This document shows, piece after piece, positions 18,256 to 25,435 of a DNA stretch of 32,000 nucleotides; position 1 is the first letter of the stretch, and every line of letters begins with the position of its first letter. The translations under genes and the position numbers were made by a program. The DNA is from an uncultured Candidatus Saccharimonas sp. (GTDB lineage Bacteria > Patescibacteriota > Saccharimonadia > Saccharimonadales > Saccharimonadaceae), in NCBI GenBank assembly GCA_963528875.1, contig CAURWT010000002.1:150001-182000 (forward strand), in the 5' to 3' direction. The notes below the pieces were generated by a model. The model worked only from the letters and a program-made list of their open reading frames with translations, had not been told where the DNA came from and did no database searches.

Positions 18256-18688
18256 ATTTTAAAATCGTATCGGCAGCACTGATAAAAGCTTCGATCACTT
18301 CATCTCTTAGTGTCTCATACTTTCTAGCGAACACTTCAAGGCTTTTTGAAGCTTTCTCGTATTCGAAAATTTTTGCTCCTAGTTCTCGAATTTTTTGCGC
18401 ATCACTTGACAATGCTGAAAGCGGAAGAATGGTGTCATTATCAACCAAATTCGATAATTCAAAAGCTTCAGCCCAATCTTCCTCCTCGTCATCATTCGAA
18501 ATGAGCAATTCTTTCTTTGCCGAATTAAAATCAATGGTCTTGATTTTAATAATCGGCAGTTCGCCTTTAACGGTTATAATTTCATAAATTACGACCGTGT
18601 TGATACCGTCAGAACTCTTAGAAACAGAGGCAAATCTCCGACCGTATTTCTCGAAAATCTCCTTAATAGTTATCATTTCACCATTCAT
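18254..18688 (-). CDS. Hypothetical acidic protein (144 aa), distal gene of an orphan two-gene cassette
   Basis: AAAGGAG lies 8 nt upstream of the ATG, inside the preceding gene. The ATG overlaps the upstream stop (ATGAATGGTGA). Acidic patch NDDEEEDWAEAFE. No recognisable motif. Confidence 0.7.
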   Translation of the reverse strand: MNGEMITIKEIFEKYGRRFASVSKSSDGINTVVIYEIITVKGELPIIKIKTIDFNSAKKELLISNDDEEEDWAEAFELSNLVDNDTILPLSALSSDAQKIRELGAKIFEYEKASKSLEVFARKYETLRDEVIEAFISAADTILK

Positions 18689-19199
18689 AGCTAAATTCTC
18701 CTTTGTTGACTTGATAGCAGAATTGAGGAATAACTTCTAAAAGCAATTTGTTCATATACATAATATCATCAGGATTACCTTTATCTGCAAGAGGTTTGCA
18801 ATAATCAATCGTTGCAATATCCTTTATTTTGAAAAGGTCATCAACCCATCGCTCTTGCCCTTCAATTACGAAATGACGATATTTTTGAAGACATTTTTCA
18901 ACCGTCATATCTGGAAGGTTGTCACCACTTTCAATCTTAACATCGCATAGTTTAATATTTATATTATAACCACGCAGCTTCTCAGATCCAAGAGGGTTTC
19001 CACTTCGATAAAACTTAATTTGGATGCCGATATCTGGAACAATCTTATTTCCTTTTTTGGTATAAAAAGAAATTCCATAATCAGTCGACATCTCGCCGAC
19101 TTCACGTCCAATCGCAGCCAAACCTAAACTTTTCGATTTTTTCTTAAATGCTTTACGTAAAAGTTCTTGCTGTTCGTTTATTTTATTCATTTTTTTCAC
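18678..19199 (-). CDS. Hypothetical protein (173 aa), proximal gene of the orphan two-gene cassette
   Basis: Own extended -10 promoter and SD AAGGGGTG. Basic N-terminus. No TM, signal peptide or recognisable motif. Confidence 0.7.
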   Translation of the reverse strand: MKKMNKINEQQELLRKAFKKKSKSLGLAAIGREVGEMSTDYGISFYTKKGNKIVPDIGIQIKFYRSGNPLGSEKLRGYNINIKLCDVKIESGDNLPDMTVEKCLQKYRHFVIEGQERWVDDLFKIKDIATIDYCKPLADKGNPDDIMYMNKLLLEVIPQFCYQVNKGEFSYEW

Positions 19200-19231
19200 C
19201 CCTTAAAATAATTTTAAATAACAATAACTTA

Positions 19232-19260
19232 ATTATATCATATTTTATTTAAAAAGCAAA
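19232..19260 (-). promoter_or_regulatory. Promoter of the orphan cassette: extended -10 TGaTATAAT (19232-19240) with a weak -35 TTTGCT
   Basis: The minus strand reads ..atatGATATAATtaag.. about 32 nt upstream of the ATG at 19199. Confidence 0.6.
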
Positions 19261-19288
19261 ATCTCTGCCAGATTGCAGAGATTTTTTA
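19255..19288. terminator. Terminator downstream of hpf
   Basis: ATCTCTGC-cagatt-GCAGAGAT, a perfect 8-bp stem flanked by A and T runs. Confidence 0.8.
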
Positions 19289-19303
19289 AGTTTTCGAAAG
19301 TTT

Positions 19304-19672
19304 TTAGCCACGTTTTAGAGAACGCTTGAATTTTGCCATAATTCCAGATTTGCCAAGCCGTGGATTTTTCTCAGTTTTGTAACGGCGAATTTGCCCGTCA
19401 AGCTTAGCTTCAACAATATCAATTGCCGCTAAAACATTTGAACTTTGGTCTTTTGCAACAAGAGTTTTGTCTGGCACATCAATAATTGCTTCAACTTCAT
19501 ATTTGTTGTCGTGAGTGCCATTGATTTGCGAAATCACCACGCGGGCTGAAGCTGATTTTTTAGCGTGTCGTGGCAAGTATTTATCTAATTTACCGATGTG
19601 TTTTTCTGCATATTTTTTGGTTGTTTCGTCAATTTCGTATTTATTTCCTGTAATTTCAATCTGTGAGATCAT
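19304..19672 (-). CDS. hpf: Ribosome hibernation promoting factor / RaiA family (short form)
   Basis: 122 aa. MISQIEITGNKYEIDETTKKYAEKHIGKLDKY...VEAIIDV..LVAKDQSSNVLAAIDIVEAKLDGQIRRYK is typical of the S30AE/HPF fold. Confidence 0.85.
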   Translation of the reverse strand: MISQIEITGNKYEIDETTKKYAEKHIGKLDKYLPRHAKKSASARVVISQINGTHDNKYEVEAIIDVPDKTLVAKDQSSNVLAAIDIVEAKLDGQIRRYKTEKNPRLGKSGIMAKFKRSLKRG

Positions 19673-19703
19673 GTATAATCCTTTTTTGTTAGTTTATAGC
19701 TCT

Positions 19704-19732
19704 ATATTAGCATAAACATTTTATTTTGTCAA
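19704..19732 (-). promoter_or_regulatory. hpf promoter: TTGACA (19727-19732), 17 nt, TAATAT (19704-19709)
   Basis: Consensus -35 with a 17-nt spacer. The 5' UTR carries SD AAAGGA. Confidence 0.7.
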
Positions 19733-19734
19733 GA

Positions 19735-19760
19735 AAAAAGCCCGCTTTTATTGCGAGCTA
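19735..19760 (-). terminator. Intrinsic terminator downstream of nrdH
   Basis: Minus-strand AGCTCGC-aataaaa-GCGGGCT (one G-U) followed by TTTTTT. Confidence 0.75.
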
Positions 19761-19991
19761 TTTTTTAATTGCTTTAATCTTACCAGGCTGAAAGCCAGAC
19801 CAGGCGCCCGTATCTGTTTCAACAACTGGTGCAGCTATAAAGCCAAGGTCATTCGTGACATGCTCACGAAATTGCGGACTTTCATCGAGATTAATTTCCT
19901 GATATGCAATCCCTAATGAATCAAGAAGGCGTTTGGTCATTTTACATTGTACGCAGTCATTCATAGAGTAAAGAACTACTTTTTGAGCCAT
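19758..19991 (-). CDS. nrdH: NrdH-redoxin (glutaredoxin-like protein)
   Basis: CVQC redox motif and NrdH signature WSGFQPGK (WSGFRP-like). The start is placed at MAQKV because AAAGAGGTG lies 5-8 nt upstream. The ORF is open to a GTG at 20000. Confidence 0.88.
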   Translation of the reverse strand: MAQKVVLYSMNDCVQCKMTKRLLDSLGIAYQEINLDESPQFREHVTNDLGFIAAPVVETDTGAWSGFQPGKIKAIKK

Positions 19992-20025
19992 TTTAATCAC
20001 CTCTTTCTATTTTGGCTATATTTAC

Positions 20026-20034
20026 ATTATAACA
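20026..20034 (-). promoter_or_regulatory. nrdH extended -10 (TGtTATAAT)
   Basis: Reverse complement of 20026-20034. The -35 region coincides with the proximal NrdR box. Confidence 0.6.
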
Positions 20035-20050
20035 TAAGTAAATCAAAAAA

Positions 20051-20097
20051 GCACTACATTTAGTGTTGTAAAATTTACAAAACGCTACATTTAGTGC
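20051..20097. promoter_or_regulatory. Tandem NrdR boxes (two 14-16 bp palindromes, 31 bp start to start) upstream of nrdH
   Basis: gCACTAcattTAGTGt at 20051-20066 and aCGCTAcattTAGTGc at 20082-20097. This matches the NrdR-box pattern (acaCwAtATaTwgtgt-like palindromes in pairs about 3 helical turns apart). Confidence 0.75.
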
Positions 20098-20109
20098 TTA
20101 TTTTATTTT

Positions 20110-21372
20110 TTAGATTCGTTCGCGATTATTCATATATGGTTGAAGGACTTTTGGCAAAACAAGATCTTCCCCATCTTGAAAATTCTCAATTGTCGCCACC
20201 AAACATCGCGCAAGCGAAACGGCTGTGCCATTCAAAGTGTGAACAACTTGCAATTCACCATTTTCGCGACGCACGCGAATATTCAAATTTCGTGCTTGAT
20301 AGTCGGTGCAGTTTGAGCAGCTCGTAATTTCACGATAACTACTATCCACCGGACTCCAATACTCAATATCATACTTCTTCGAAGCTGGCGCACCCAAATC
20401 ACCGCTGGCAATATTGATTACACGGTAGGGAATACCGAGCTCTTGATAGATTTCTTCTTCTACCGCCAAAATTTTCTCGTGAACCTCAACACTTTGCTCT
20501 GGCAAAGTATAAGCATACATTTCAAGCTTATTAAATTGATGAACACGGAAAAGACCGCGCGTGTGCTTACCATAAGCCCCCGCCTCTTTTCGATAACAAG
20601 GAGAATACCCAGCATAAAAAATTGGCAAATCTTTTTCGTTCAAAATTTCACCAGCGTGAAAACCAGTTAATGACATTTCAGCAGTTGCAATTAAACTTAA
20701 ATCCTCACCTTCAATGAAATATTCATCACTTTGCTCACTCGAACGAGGCGCAAATCCAGTTCCCGTGGCAACTTCACCGTTAACCATATGTGGAACGGTC
20801 ATAAAATTAAAACCTTTCGAAATCAATTTATTCAACGCAAACTGATAAATGGCGTTTTCAAGAAGCGCCAAATCACCTTTCAAGAAATAGAATTTTGTTC
20901 CAGCAACTTTTGATCCACGTTCGAAATCAACCCAGCCTTTTTTGTTTGCAAAATCTAAGTGGTCTTCGGCGCCTTTACGGCTTTCGAAAAGTTCTTCGCC
21001 CCAAGTTTTTACCAAATCATCTTCGCCTTCCTCACCAATCGGCACATCAGCTTGAAGAATGTTCGGAATACCGTTTAAAGCATTCGAAAGTTTTTCATCA
21101 AGTTCGCGATAGGTTTTTTCAAGCTCGGCGAGTTCTTCTTTGATTTTCTTGCCTTCTGTAATCTGTTCATCACTTGGCTTTCCACCAGAGTTTTTCATTG
21201 AGGCTGCAATTTGGTTACGGCGAGTTCGAAGCTCATCAATTTGAGCCGTAAGAGCTTTTCTTTCGTCGTCGAGCGAAATCACAATTTGAACATCAGCATT
21301 TTTATAACCTTTATTCAACGCATCTTTTTGCACACGCTCGGCATTTTCACGAATAAATCTAACATCTAACAT
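20110..21372 (-). CDS. serS: Seryl-tRNA synthetase
   Basis: 420 aa with an N-terminal coiled-coil arm (MLDVRFIRENAERV..) and class II core motifs (FRVHQFNKLE, GTAVSLARCLVAT). Confidence 0.93.
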   Translation of the reverse strand: MLDVRFIRENAERVQKDALNKGYKNADVQIVISLDDERKALTAQIDELRTRRNQIAASMKNSGGKPSDEQITEGKKIKEELAELEKTYRELDEKLSNALNGIPNILQADVPIGEEGEDDLVKTWGEELFESRKGAEDHLDFANKKGWVDFERGSKVAGTKFYFLKGDLALLENAIYQFALNKLISKGFNFMTVPHMVNGEVATGTGFAPRSSEQSDEYFIEGEDLSLIATAEMSLTGFHAGEILNEKDLPIFYAGYSPCYRKEAGAYGKHTRGLFRVHQFNKLEMYAYTLPEQSVEVHEKILAVEEEIYQELGIPYRVINIASGDLGAPASKKYDIEYWSPVDSSYREITSCSNCTDYQARNLNIRVRRENGELQVVHTLNGTAVSLARCLVATIENFQDGEDLVLPKVLQPYMNNRERI

Positions 21373-21378
21373 AGAACA

Positions 21379-21384
21379 ATTATA
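21379..21384 (-). promoter_or_regulatory. serS -10 element TATAAT, ending 6 nt before the ATG
   Basis: Reverse complement of 21370-21384 reads TATAAT-tgttct-ATG. There is no SD and the -35 is poor (TTATTT). Confidence 0.5.
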
Positions 21385-21419
21385 CTACAGTTTTGGCAAA
21401 AAAATAACCCCTTTTTAAC

Positions 21420-21448
21420 TTGACTTTACTAATATAAAATTATATAAT
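21420..21448 (+). promoter_or_regulatory. Promoter of orphan ORF 21503-22168: TTGACT, 17 nt, TATAAT
   Basis: TTGACT at 21420-21425, TATAAT at 21443-21448, and SD AGGAGG at 21488-21493. Confidence 0.75.
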
Positions 21449-21502
21449 ATGTAAGTATTAGTTCTTTAAAAACTAAGCAAAAAATCCAGGAGGAAGTTTT
21501 TT

Positions 21503-22168
21503 ATGATAAATAGCAACCATCTTGTTGGGCCTCTAGCTAGAGAAACTGAGCTAAAAAAGCTCGAAGAAGATTATACAATAATCTTATATAAGATTATTAG
21601 GCATATTATAGAAGGACTCGGCCAATCGGCCAAACGGCAAACAATTCCATTTGACTATTTTAATCATTGGAGGAAGTATTCCACAAAAATTAGCATCCCA
21701 AAAGAAACAGCAATTAAATTTGGCTATGGAAATGATAAATTTATTGAAGTTCGCGGAACCGTCAATAGGAAGTTTCATATTTATGAAGAATATGAAGCCG
21801 AAAAAGATGGCGTAAAAAAAATTTTCTTCTTGATAGAGCCAGAATTGATTTTGGAATCTGATAAGCCAAGTCAAAACGGGAAAGTTAATCTCTATTATGG
21901 AGCAATATTGGAAGAAATCAAGAAGTATCTTCGAAAACTTCCTAAAGATGAATACGATGATCTTTGCGAGAAAATTCATATTGATGAGACAATTGAAATT
22001 CCAATTGTTTTACCGGAGAATATTCATCCGTCATCCTTATATAGATATCTAAAAAGACAGAAGACAGTATTTAAAAATATTACTGGTTTTAGGAGACCTC
22101 ATCTTAACAGTGAGGCTCGAAAGAAAGGCTACGACTTATACGTCAAAGTGACCGGACTGGATTTCTAA
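21503..22168 (+). CDS. Hypothetical protein (221 aa), orphan, monocistronic
   Basis: Consensus promoter, AGGAGG SD and a terminator 7 nt after the stop. No recognisable motif, TM or signal peptide. Confidence 0.72.
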   Translation: MINSNHLVGPLARETELKKLEEDYTIILYKIIRHIIEGLGQSAKRQTIPFDYFNHWRKYSTKISIPKETAIKFGYGNDKFIEVRGTVNRKFHIYEEYEAEKDGVKKIFFLIEPELILESDKPSQNGKVNLYYGAILEEIKKYLRKLPKDEYDDLCEKIHIDETIEIPIVLPENIHPSSLYRYLKRQKTVFKNITGFRRPHLNSEARKKGYDLYVKVTGLDF

Positions 22169-22174
22169 TTCTCA

Positions 22175-22201
22175 AGCTCCAATTTAAATTTGGGGCTTTT
22201 T
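22175..22201 (+). terminator. Intrinsic terminator of ORF 21503-22168
   Basis: AGCTCCAA-tttaaat-TTGGGGCT (one G-U) followed by TTTTT. The next -35 begins 3 nt later. Confidence 0.75.
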
Positions 22202-22203
22202 AA

Positions 22204-22232
22204 TTGACTTTTATTTTTAAAAGTGGTATAAT
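22204..22232 (+). promoter_or_regulatory. Promoter of orphan ORF 22280-22645: TTGACT, 17 nt, TATAAT
   Basis: TTGACT at 22204-22209 and TATAAT at 22227-22232. The 5' UTR contains a CCC-UUCG-GGG tetraloop hairpin (22248-22257) and SD AAGGAGG (22267-22273). Confidence 0.75.
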
Positions 22233-22279
22233 TGATCTATCACTATTCCCTTCGGGGATGCACTTTAAGGAGGACTACT

Positions 22280-22645
22280 ATGGGTACAGCTGTTACAACT
22301 AGTTCAAATGCAGAGTTGATCGAAAACGCTCGCGCTGCTTCTTCGCAGGTCTATCACGATGAACTTTCACAGAAGATTCGCGAAGCTTTTGCTGAGCTAA
22401 GTTTTCAGGAAATTGAAAATGCGATTAGTTCTTGTTCCGCAGGAAAATATTATATTATTGAAATTACCGTTAGCGATATTTTCGAAGAGAAATATCTCTA
22501 TGATATCAATAATATCATTCTAACAAATCCGCTGTTTAACACTATTAAAAGAATTCTATTCTTAGGAGATAATAATGTACGAATTTGGTTGCGAGGCGAC
22601 ATTAGGAAGTTCCTTCCTAAGGGCCACAAGTATTATAAATCCTGA
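22280..22645 (+). CDS. Hypothetical protein (121 aa), orphan, monocistronic
   Basis: The ATG at 22280 lies 6 nt after AAGGAGG. The TTG at 22232 in the ORF track lies inside the -10 box. A terminator follows. No recognisable motif. Confidence 0.7.
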   Translation: MGTAVTTSSNAELIENARAASSQVYHDELSQKIREAFAELSFQEIENAISSCSAGKYYIIEITVSDIFEEKYLYDINNIILTNPLFNTIKRILFLGDNNVRIWLRGDIRKFLPKGHKYYKS

Positions 22646-22657
22646 GCGGTCAACACG

Positions 22658-22681
22658 CCTCGCCAAAATGGCGGGGTTTTT
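22658..22681 (+). terminator. Intrinsic terminator of ORF 22280-22645
   Basis: CCTCGCC-aaaat-GGCGGGG (one G-U) followed by TTTTT. The next -35 begins 3 nt later. Confidence 0.8.
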
Positions 22682-22684
22682 CTA

Positions 22685-22713
22685 TTGACTTTTTTTATTT
22701 TTTATGTTATTAT
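22685..22713 (+). promoter_or_regulatory. Promoter of orphan ORF 22750-23067: TTGACT, 17 nt, TGtTATTAT
   Basis: TTGACT at 22685-22690 and TATTAT at 22708-22713 with an extended-10 TG. Confidence 0.65.
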
Positions 22714-22749
22714 AGTTATGTTTTAAAGCAAAAAACAAAAAGGAATCAA

Positions 22750-23067
22750 ATGAAACAAAAAAAGATTAAAAAAGTAATTGAATACTTTGACCCAATTTTT
22801 AAGAAAAATTTTAAATTGAAAATTGAAAAAAATAACAAAGAAATAAAAATTGAACTGCCCAACGAAAAAAACTTCTTTCGTGGCGTGAGCTTTAGTGAAA
22901 ATGTTAGCCTAAAAAAGCTCGCAAATGGCAACTGGATCAAAACTTTACATGCAAAATTTGGTGAAGGTGCAGAAGAACTGTTTGGCGTAAATGAAATTAA
23001 TGAAGAAAGTGAGTTAGAATCTCGCGATGTGCGAATCATCGCCTTTATCGAAAAGAGTTTAGCTTAA
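22750..23067 (+). CDS. Hypothetical Lys-rich protein (105 aa), orphan, monocistronic
   Basis: Promoter, weaker SD AAGGA, and a downstream bidirectional terminator. No recognisable motif. Confidence 0.6.
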   Translation: MKQKKIKKVIEYFDPIFKKNFKLKIEKNNKEIKIELPNEKNFFRGVSFSENVSLKKLANGNWIKTLHAKFGEGAEELFGVNEINEESELESRDVRIIAFIEKSLA

Positions 23068-23088
23068 TAAATAATAGCAATAAATAAC

Positions 23089-23124
23089 AAAAGACCTCTT
23101 AAATTTTAACGAAAGAGGTCTTTT
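23089..23124. terminator. Bidirectional terminator between ORF 22750-23067 (+) and the adhesin gene (-)
   Basis: AAAAGACCTCTT-12 nt loop-AAGAGGTCTTTT, a perfect 10-12 bp stem. Confidence 0.75.
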
Positions 23125-23140
23125 ATATTATCTATTCTAT

Positions 23141-24685
23141 TTAATAGTTTTTTCTAATAACAATTATAGAAATTACAGAAAGTGCAGCACCACCCATGAA
23201 AAGTAAATTCTTAACAAAATTATTTTCGAAACCTGTGTTTGGTGCAGTAATATTTTCTTTTGGCTTCTTCTCTTCTTTTACTGGGTTCGAAGGTTTTTCA
23301 GGTGCAGGAACGCTTTTCTTTTTATAAACAAACGTTACAATCTTTACACCTTCTTCAACTTTTCCAGTTTTAGGCGATGAGTTTTTAAGTAGTTCAGCTT
23401 TTTCGAATCCTTCGAATTGCTTTTCTTCAGCAGCATAGTCTGTACCTACTTGAACTTTATTTGCTAGCAAGACTTCAGGAGCAAGGCTTGTACCGTTTTC
23501 ATCTTGATAGCGCACAATCACAGATCCACGCTTTTTGATATCTGCGTAAGGTTTCATTTTTGCGCCACTTATAATACTTGTAGCCGTCTTGTCTAGAGAG
23601 AAATATTTATCATTTCCTCGGTAGATTTCTGTAGTTGCAGAAATTGGGTTCAATTTGTTCTCGTTATAGTTAATTGTTTTTTCGCTAGTGTCCAAAATAG
23701 TTAATTTTGGCAAGAATTGATACAAAGCTTTATCATCGGCAATTTCTACAATCTGGTATACTAACTCGTGGCTTGAATTTTCTATAACTTTATACTTTAA
23801 GTTTACGCCAGTTTTAAGCAAGATGCCTTTTGAAGTAGCATTATCACCAAAGTTAGCATATAGCTCCTGAGTATTTATAGTGCCAACTGCGCCCTCTTTC
23901 GGATTCAATTTTGCATCAAACGCAACTCCAGAAGATTCAGGTAATTTCATCTTAACAATGTCGCCTGGTTTAATGTGTTTAGGATTATTTTTATCAGACT
24001 GCATCAATCCAAAGTCAAATATTGTGCCATTTAAATTTTCGCCATCTTGGCTAGAGGCGCGAAAAACATTAAATCTAAAATCAACTGCTGGCGTTATTTT
24101 GCCAACCCCATTAATAGTGCCAGTTTTATGTGCAATTTCTTTATTATTCACTTTTACGGAATGTTCAATATTATATTTATGATTAACCCAAGCAGAATTA
24201 TTTTCTGAGACAAGCTCTATCGAAAGTTTCATATCGGAAAACTTTTTAGCTTGATCATTGAAAACTAGTCGATACTCAGAATTTCTAGCCGAGCTTTTCT
24301 CTGGAATAATATCATTTGCTTTAGGGTTTCCCTTAATAGCTCTTTTATTAAATAGTTCAACGACAGTATTTTCAGTTTTAATAAGTTTCATCTTTCCGAT
24401 AATAATATCTTTATAACGGATTTCTTTATCTGGTAACCCGGTTTCAATAATATTTTCAAATCTAATATCAACATAATCGCCAGCATTAATATTCTGACCA
24501 TTTTTAACGCTAATATTGATCTTAGTATTAGTCCAATTGGCCGAACCGCCCGAAGAAAGCTCTTTAATCTCACCCGTTGCATCAACATCAATTCTCTTTG
24601 CTGTATCAGCAAATGCAGGTTGAGCTAAAAATAAAGCACAAACAGCGCCCAGAAAAGCATAAACTGCTATTTTATTCTTAAACAT
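23141..24685 (-). CDS. Cell-wall-anchored surface adhesin with C-terminal MucBP domain and APNTG sorting signal
   Basis: Signal peptide MFKNKIAVYAFLGAVCALFLAQPAFA. MucBP-like block GSVIVRYQDENGTSLAPEV..VGTDYAAEEKQFEGFE..VKIVTFVYKKK. C-terminus APNTG (23231-23245), then a hydrophobic span and RKNY. Confidence 0.8.
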   Translation of the reverse strand: MFKNKIAVYAFLGAVCALFLAQPAFADTAKRIDVDATGEIKELSSGGSANWTNTKINISVKNGQNINAGDYVDIRFENIIETGLPDKEIRYKDIIIGKMKLIKTENTVVELFNKRAIKGNPKANDIIPEKSSARNSEYRLVFNDQAKKFSDMKLSIELVSENNSAWVNHKYNIEHSVKVNNKEIAHKTGTINGVGKITPAVDFRFNVFRASSQDGENLNGTIFDFGLMQSDKNNPKHIKPGDIVKMKLPESSGVAFDAKLNPKEGAVGTINTQELYANFGDNATSKGILLKTGVNLKYKVIENSSHELVYQIVEIADDKALYQFLPKLTILDTSEKTINYNENKLNPISATTEIYRGNDKYFSLDKTATSIISGAKMKPYADIKKRGSVIVRYQDENGTSLAPEVLLANKVQVGTDYAAEEKQFEGFEKAELLKNSSPKTGKVEEGVKIVTFVYKKKSVPAPEKPSNPVKEEKKPKENITAPNTGFENNFVKNLLFMGGAALSVISIIVIRKNY

Positions 24686-24719
24686 TTTTCTCCCTTTATT
24701 TTTATTACTTATGCTTAAA

Positions 24720-24748
24720 ATTATAACTGTTTATGTATAAAAAGTCAA
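24720..24748 (-). promoter_or_regulatory. Adhesin promoter: TTGACT (24743-24748), 17 nt, TATAAT (24720-24725)
   Basis: Consensus hexamers on the minus strand. The 5' UTR carries SD AAAGGGAG. Confidence 0.7.
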
Positions 24749-24762
24749 GACTTAAAAAATCA

Positions 24763-24794
24763 CAAAAATAAAACTCCACCGTTAGTGGTAGAGT
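24763..24794 (-). terminator. Intrinsic terminator downstream of tsf
   Basis: Minus-strand ACTCTACC-actaac-GGTGGAGT (one G-U) followed by TTTTATTTTT. Confidence 0.75.
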
Positions 24795-24815
24795 CTTATT
24801 GTAAAAAAATATTTA

Positions 24816-25412
24816 TTATTCGTTAACACCGAGTTCGATGCGTGAGAATTGTCGCACAACGATATTTTCACCAAGTTTTGCAACAGTTTCTTTCAAGAAT
24901 TGCTCAACAGATTTGCTGTCATCCATAATGTAAGTTTGTGAAAGTAGAACTTTTTCCGCAAAGTATTTTTTCACTTGACCATCAACAATTTTAGCAGCAA
25001 TTTCAGCTGGCTTTCCTTCTTTCGAAACTCGCTCTTCAGCTTCAGCTTTTACGCGAGCGATTTCTTCTGCCGGAATGTCAGCCTCAGTAGCATAAACTGG
25101 CGCCATAGCAGCAATTTGCATTGCAATTTGGTGGGCAAAATTCTTGAAATCTTCTGTTCGAGCAACAAAGTCGGTTTCGCAGTTAACTTCAACAATTACA
25201 CCGATTCGACAACCATGAACGTAAGCCTCAACCAAACCTTCACGAGCTTCTCGGTCACCTTTTTTCTCAGCTTTTGTTAGACCTTTTTTGCGAAGAGCCT
25301 CAAGAGCTTTATCAAAATCACCTTCAGCTTCAACAAGGGCTTTTTTGGCATCGGTCAAACCAAGACCTGTCAATTCTTTAAGTTTCTTAATTTCTTCAAT
25401 AGAAACAGCCAT
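24816..25412 (-). CDS. tsf: Elongation factor Ts (short 198-aa form)
   Basis: UBA-like N-terminus IKKLKELTGLGLTDAKKALVEAEGDFDKALEALRKKG and core VEVNCETDFVAR. Confidence 0.92.
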   Translation of the reverse strand: MAVSIEEIKKLKELTGLGLTDAKKALVEAEGDFDKALEALRKKGLTKAEKKGDREAREGLVEAYVHGCRIGVIVEVNCETDFVARTEDFKNFAHQIAMQIAAMAPVYATEADIPAEEIARVKAEAEERVSKEGKPAEIAAKIVDGQVKKYFAEKVLLSQTYIMDDSKSVEQFLKETVAKLGENIVVRQFSRIELGVNE

Positions 25413-25435
25413 TTTTATCCTTTCGAATTTAAGAA

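Noticed and set aside
21584-21979. 131-aa minus-strand ORF antisense to orphan ORF 21503-22168
   Set aside because: The plus-strand ORF has a consensus promoter, an AGGAGG SD and a terminator. The minus ORF has none and is Phe/Ile-rich.
22232-22279. TTG start at 22232 proposed by the ORF track for the 22232-22645 ORF
   Set aside because: The TTG overlaps the TATAAT -10 box (22227-22232). AAGGAGG at 22267-22273 positions the ATG at 22280 as the real start.
22746-23039. 97-aa minus-strand ORF antisense to ORF 22750-23067
   Set aside because: Same reasoning: the expression signals are on the plus strand. Coding status of this locus is still the least certain of the orphan genes.
11997-23067. 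Possible paralogy among the seven orphan proteins
   Set aside because: Comparison by eye gives only short, weak similarities (e.g. ..LKEECDKAGIKLNISL.. versus ..LLSFCKEYRINLLL..). That is insufficient without a proper alignment or profile search.
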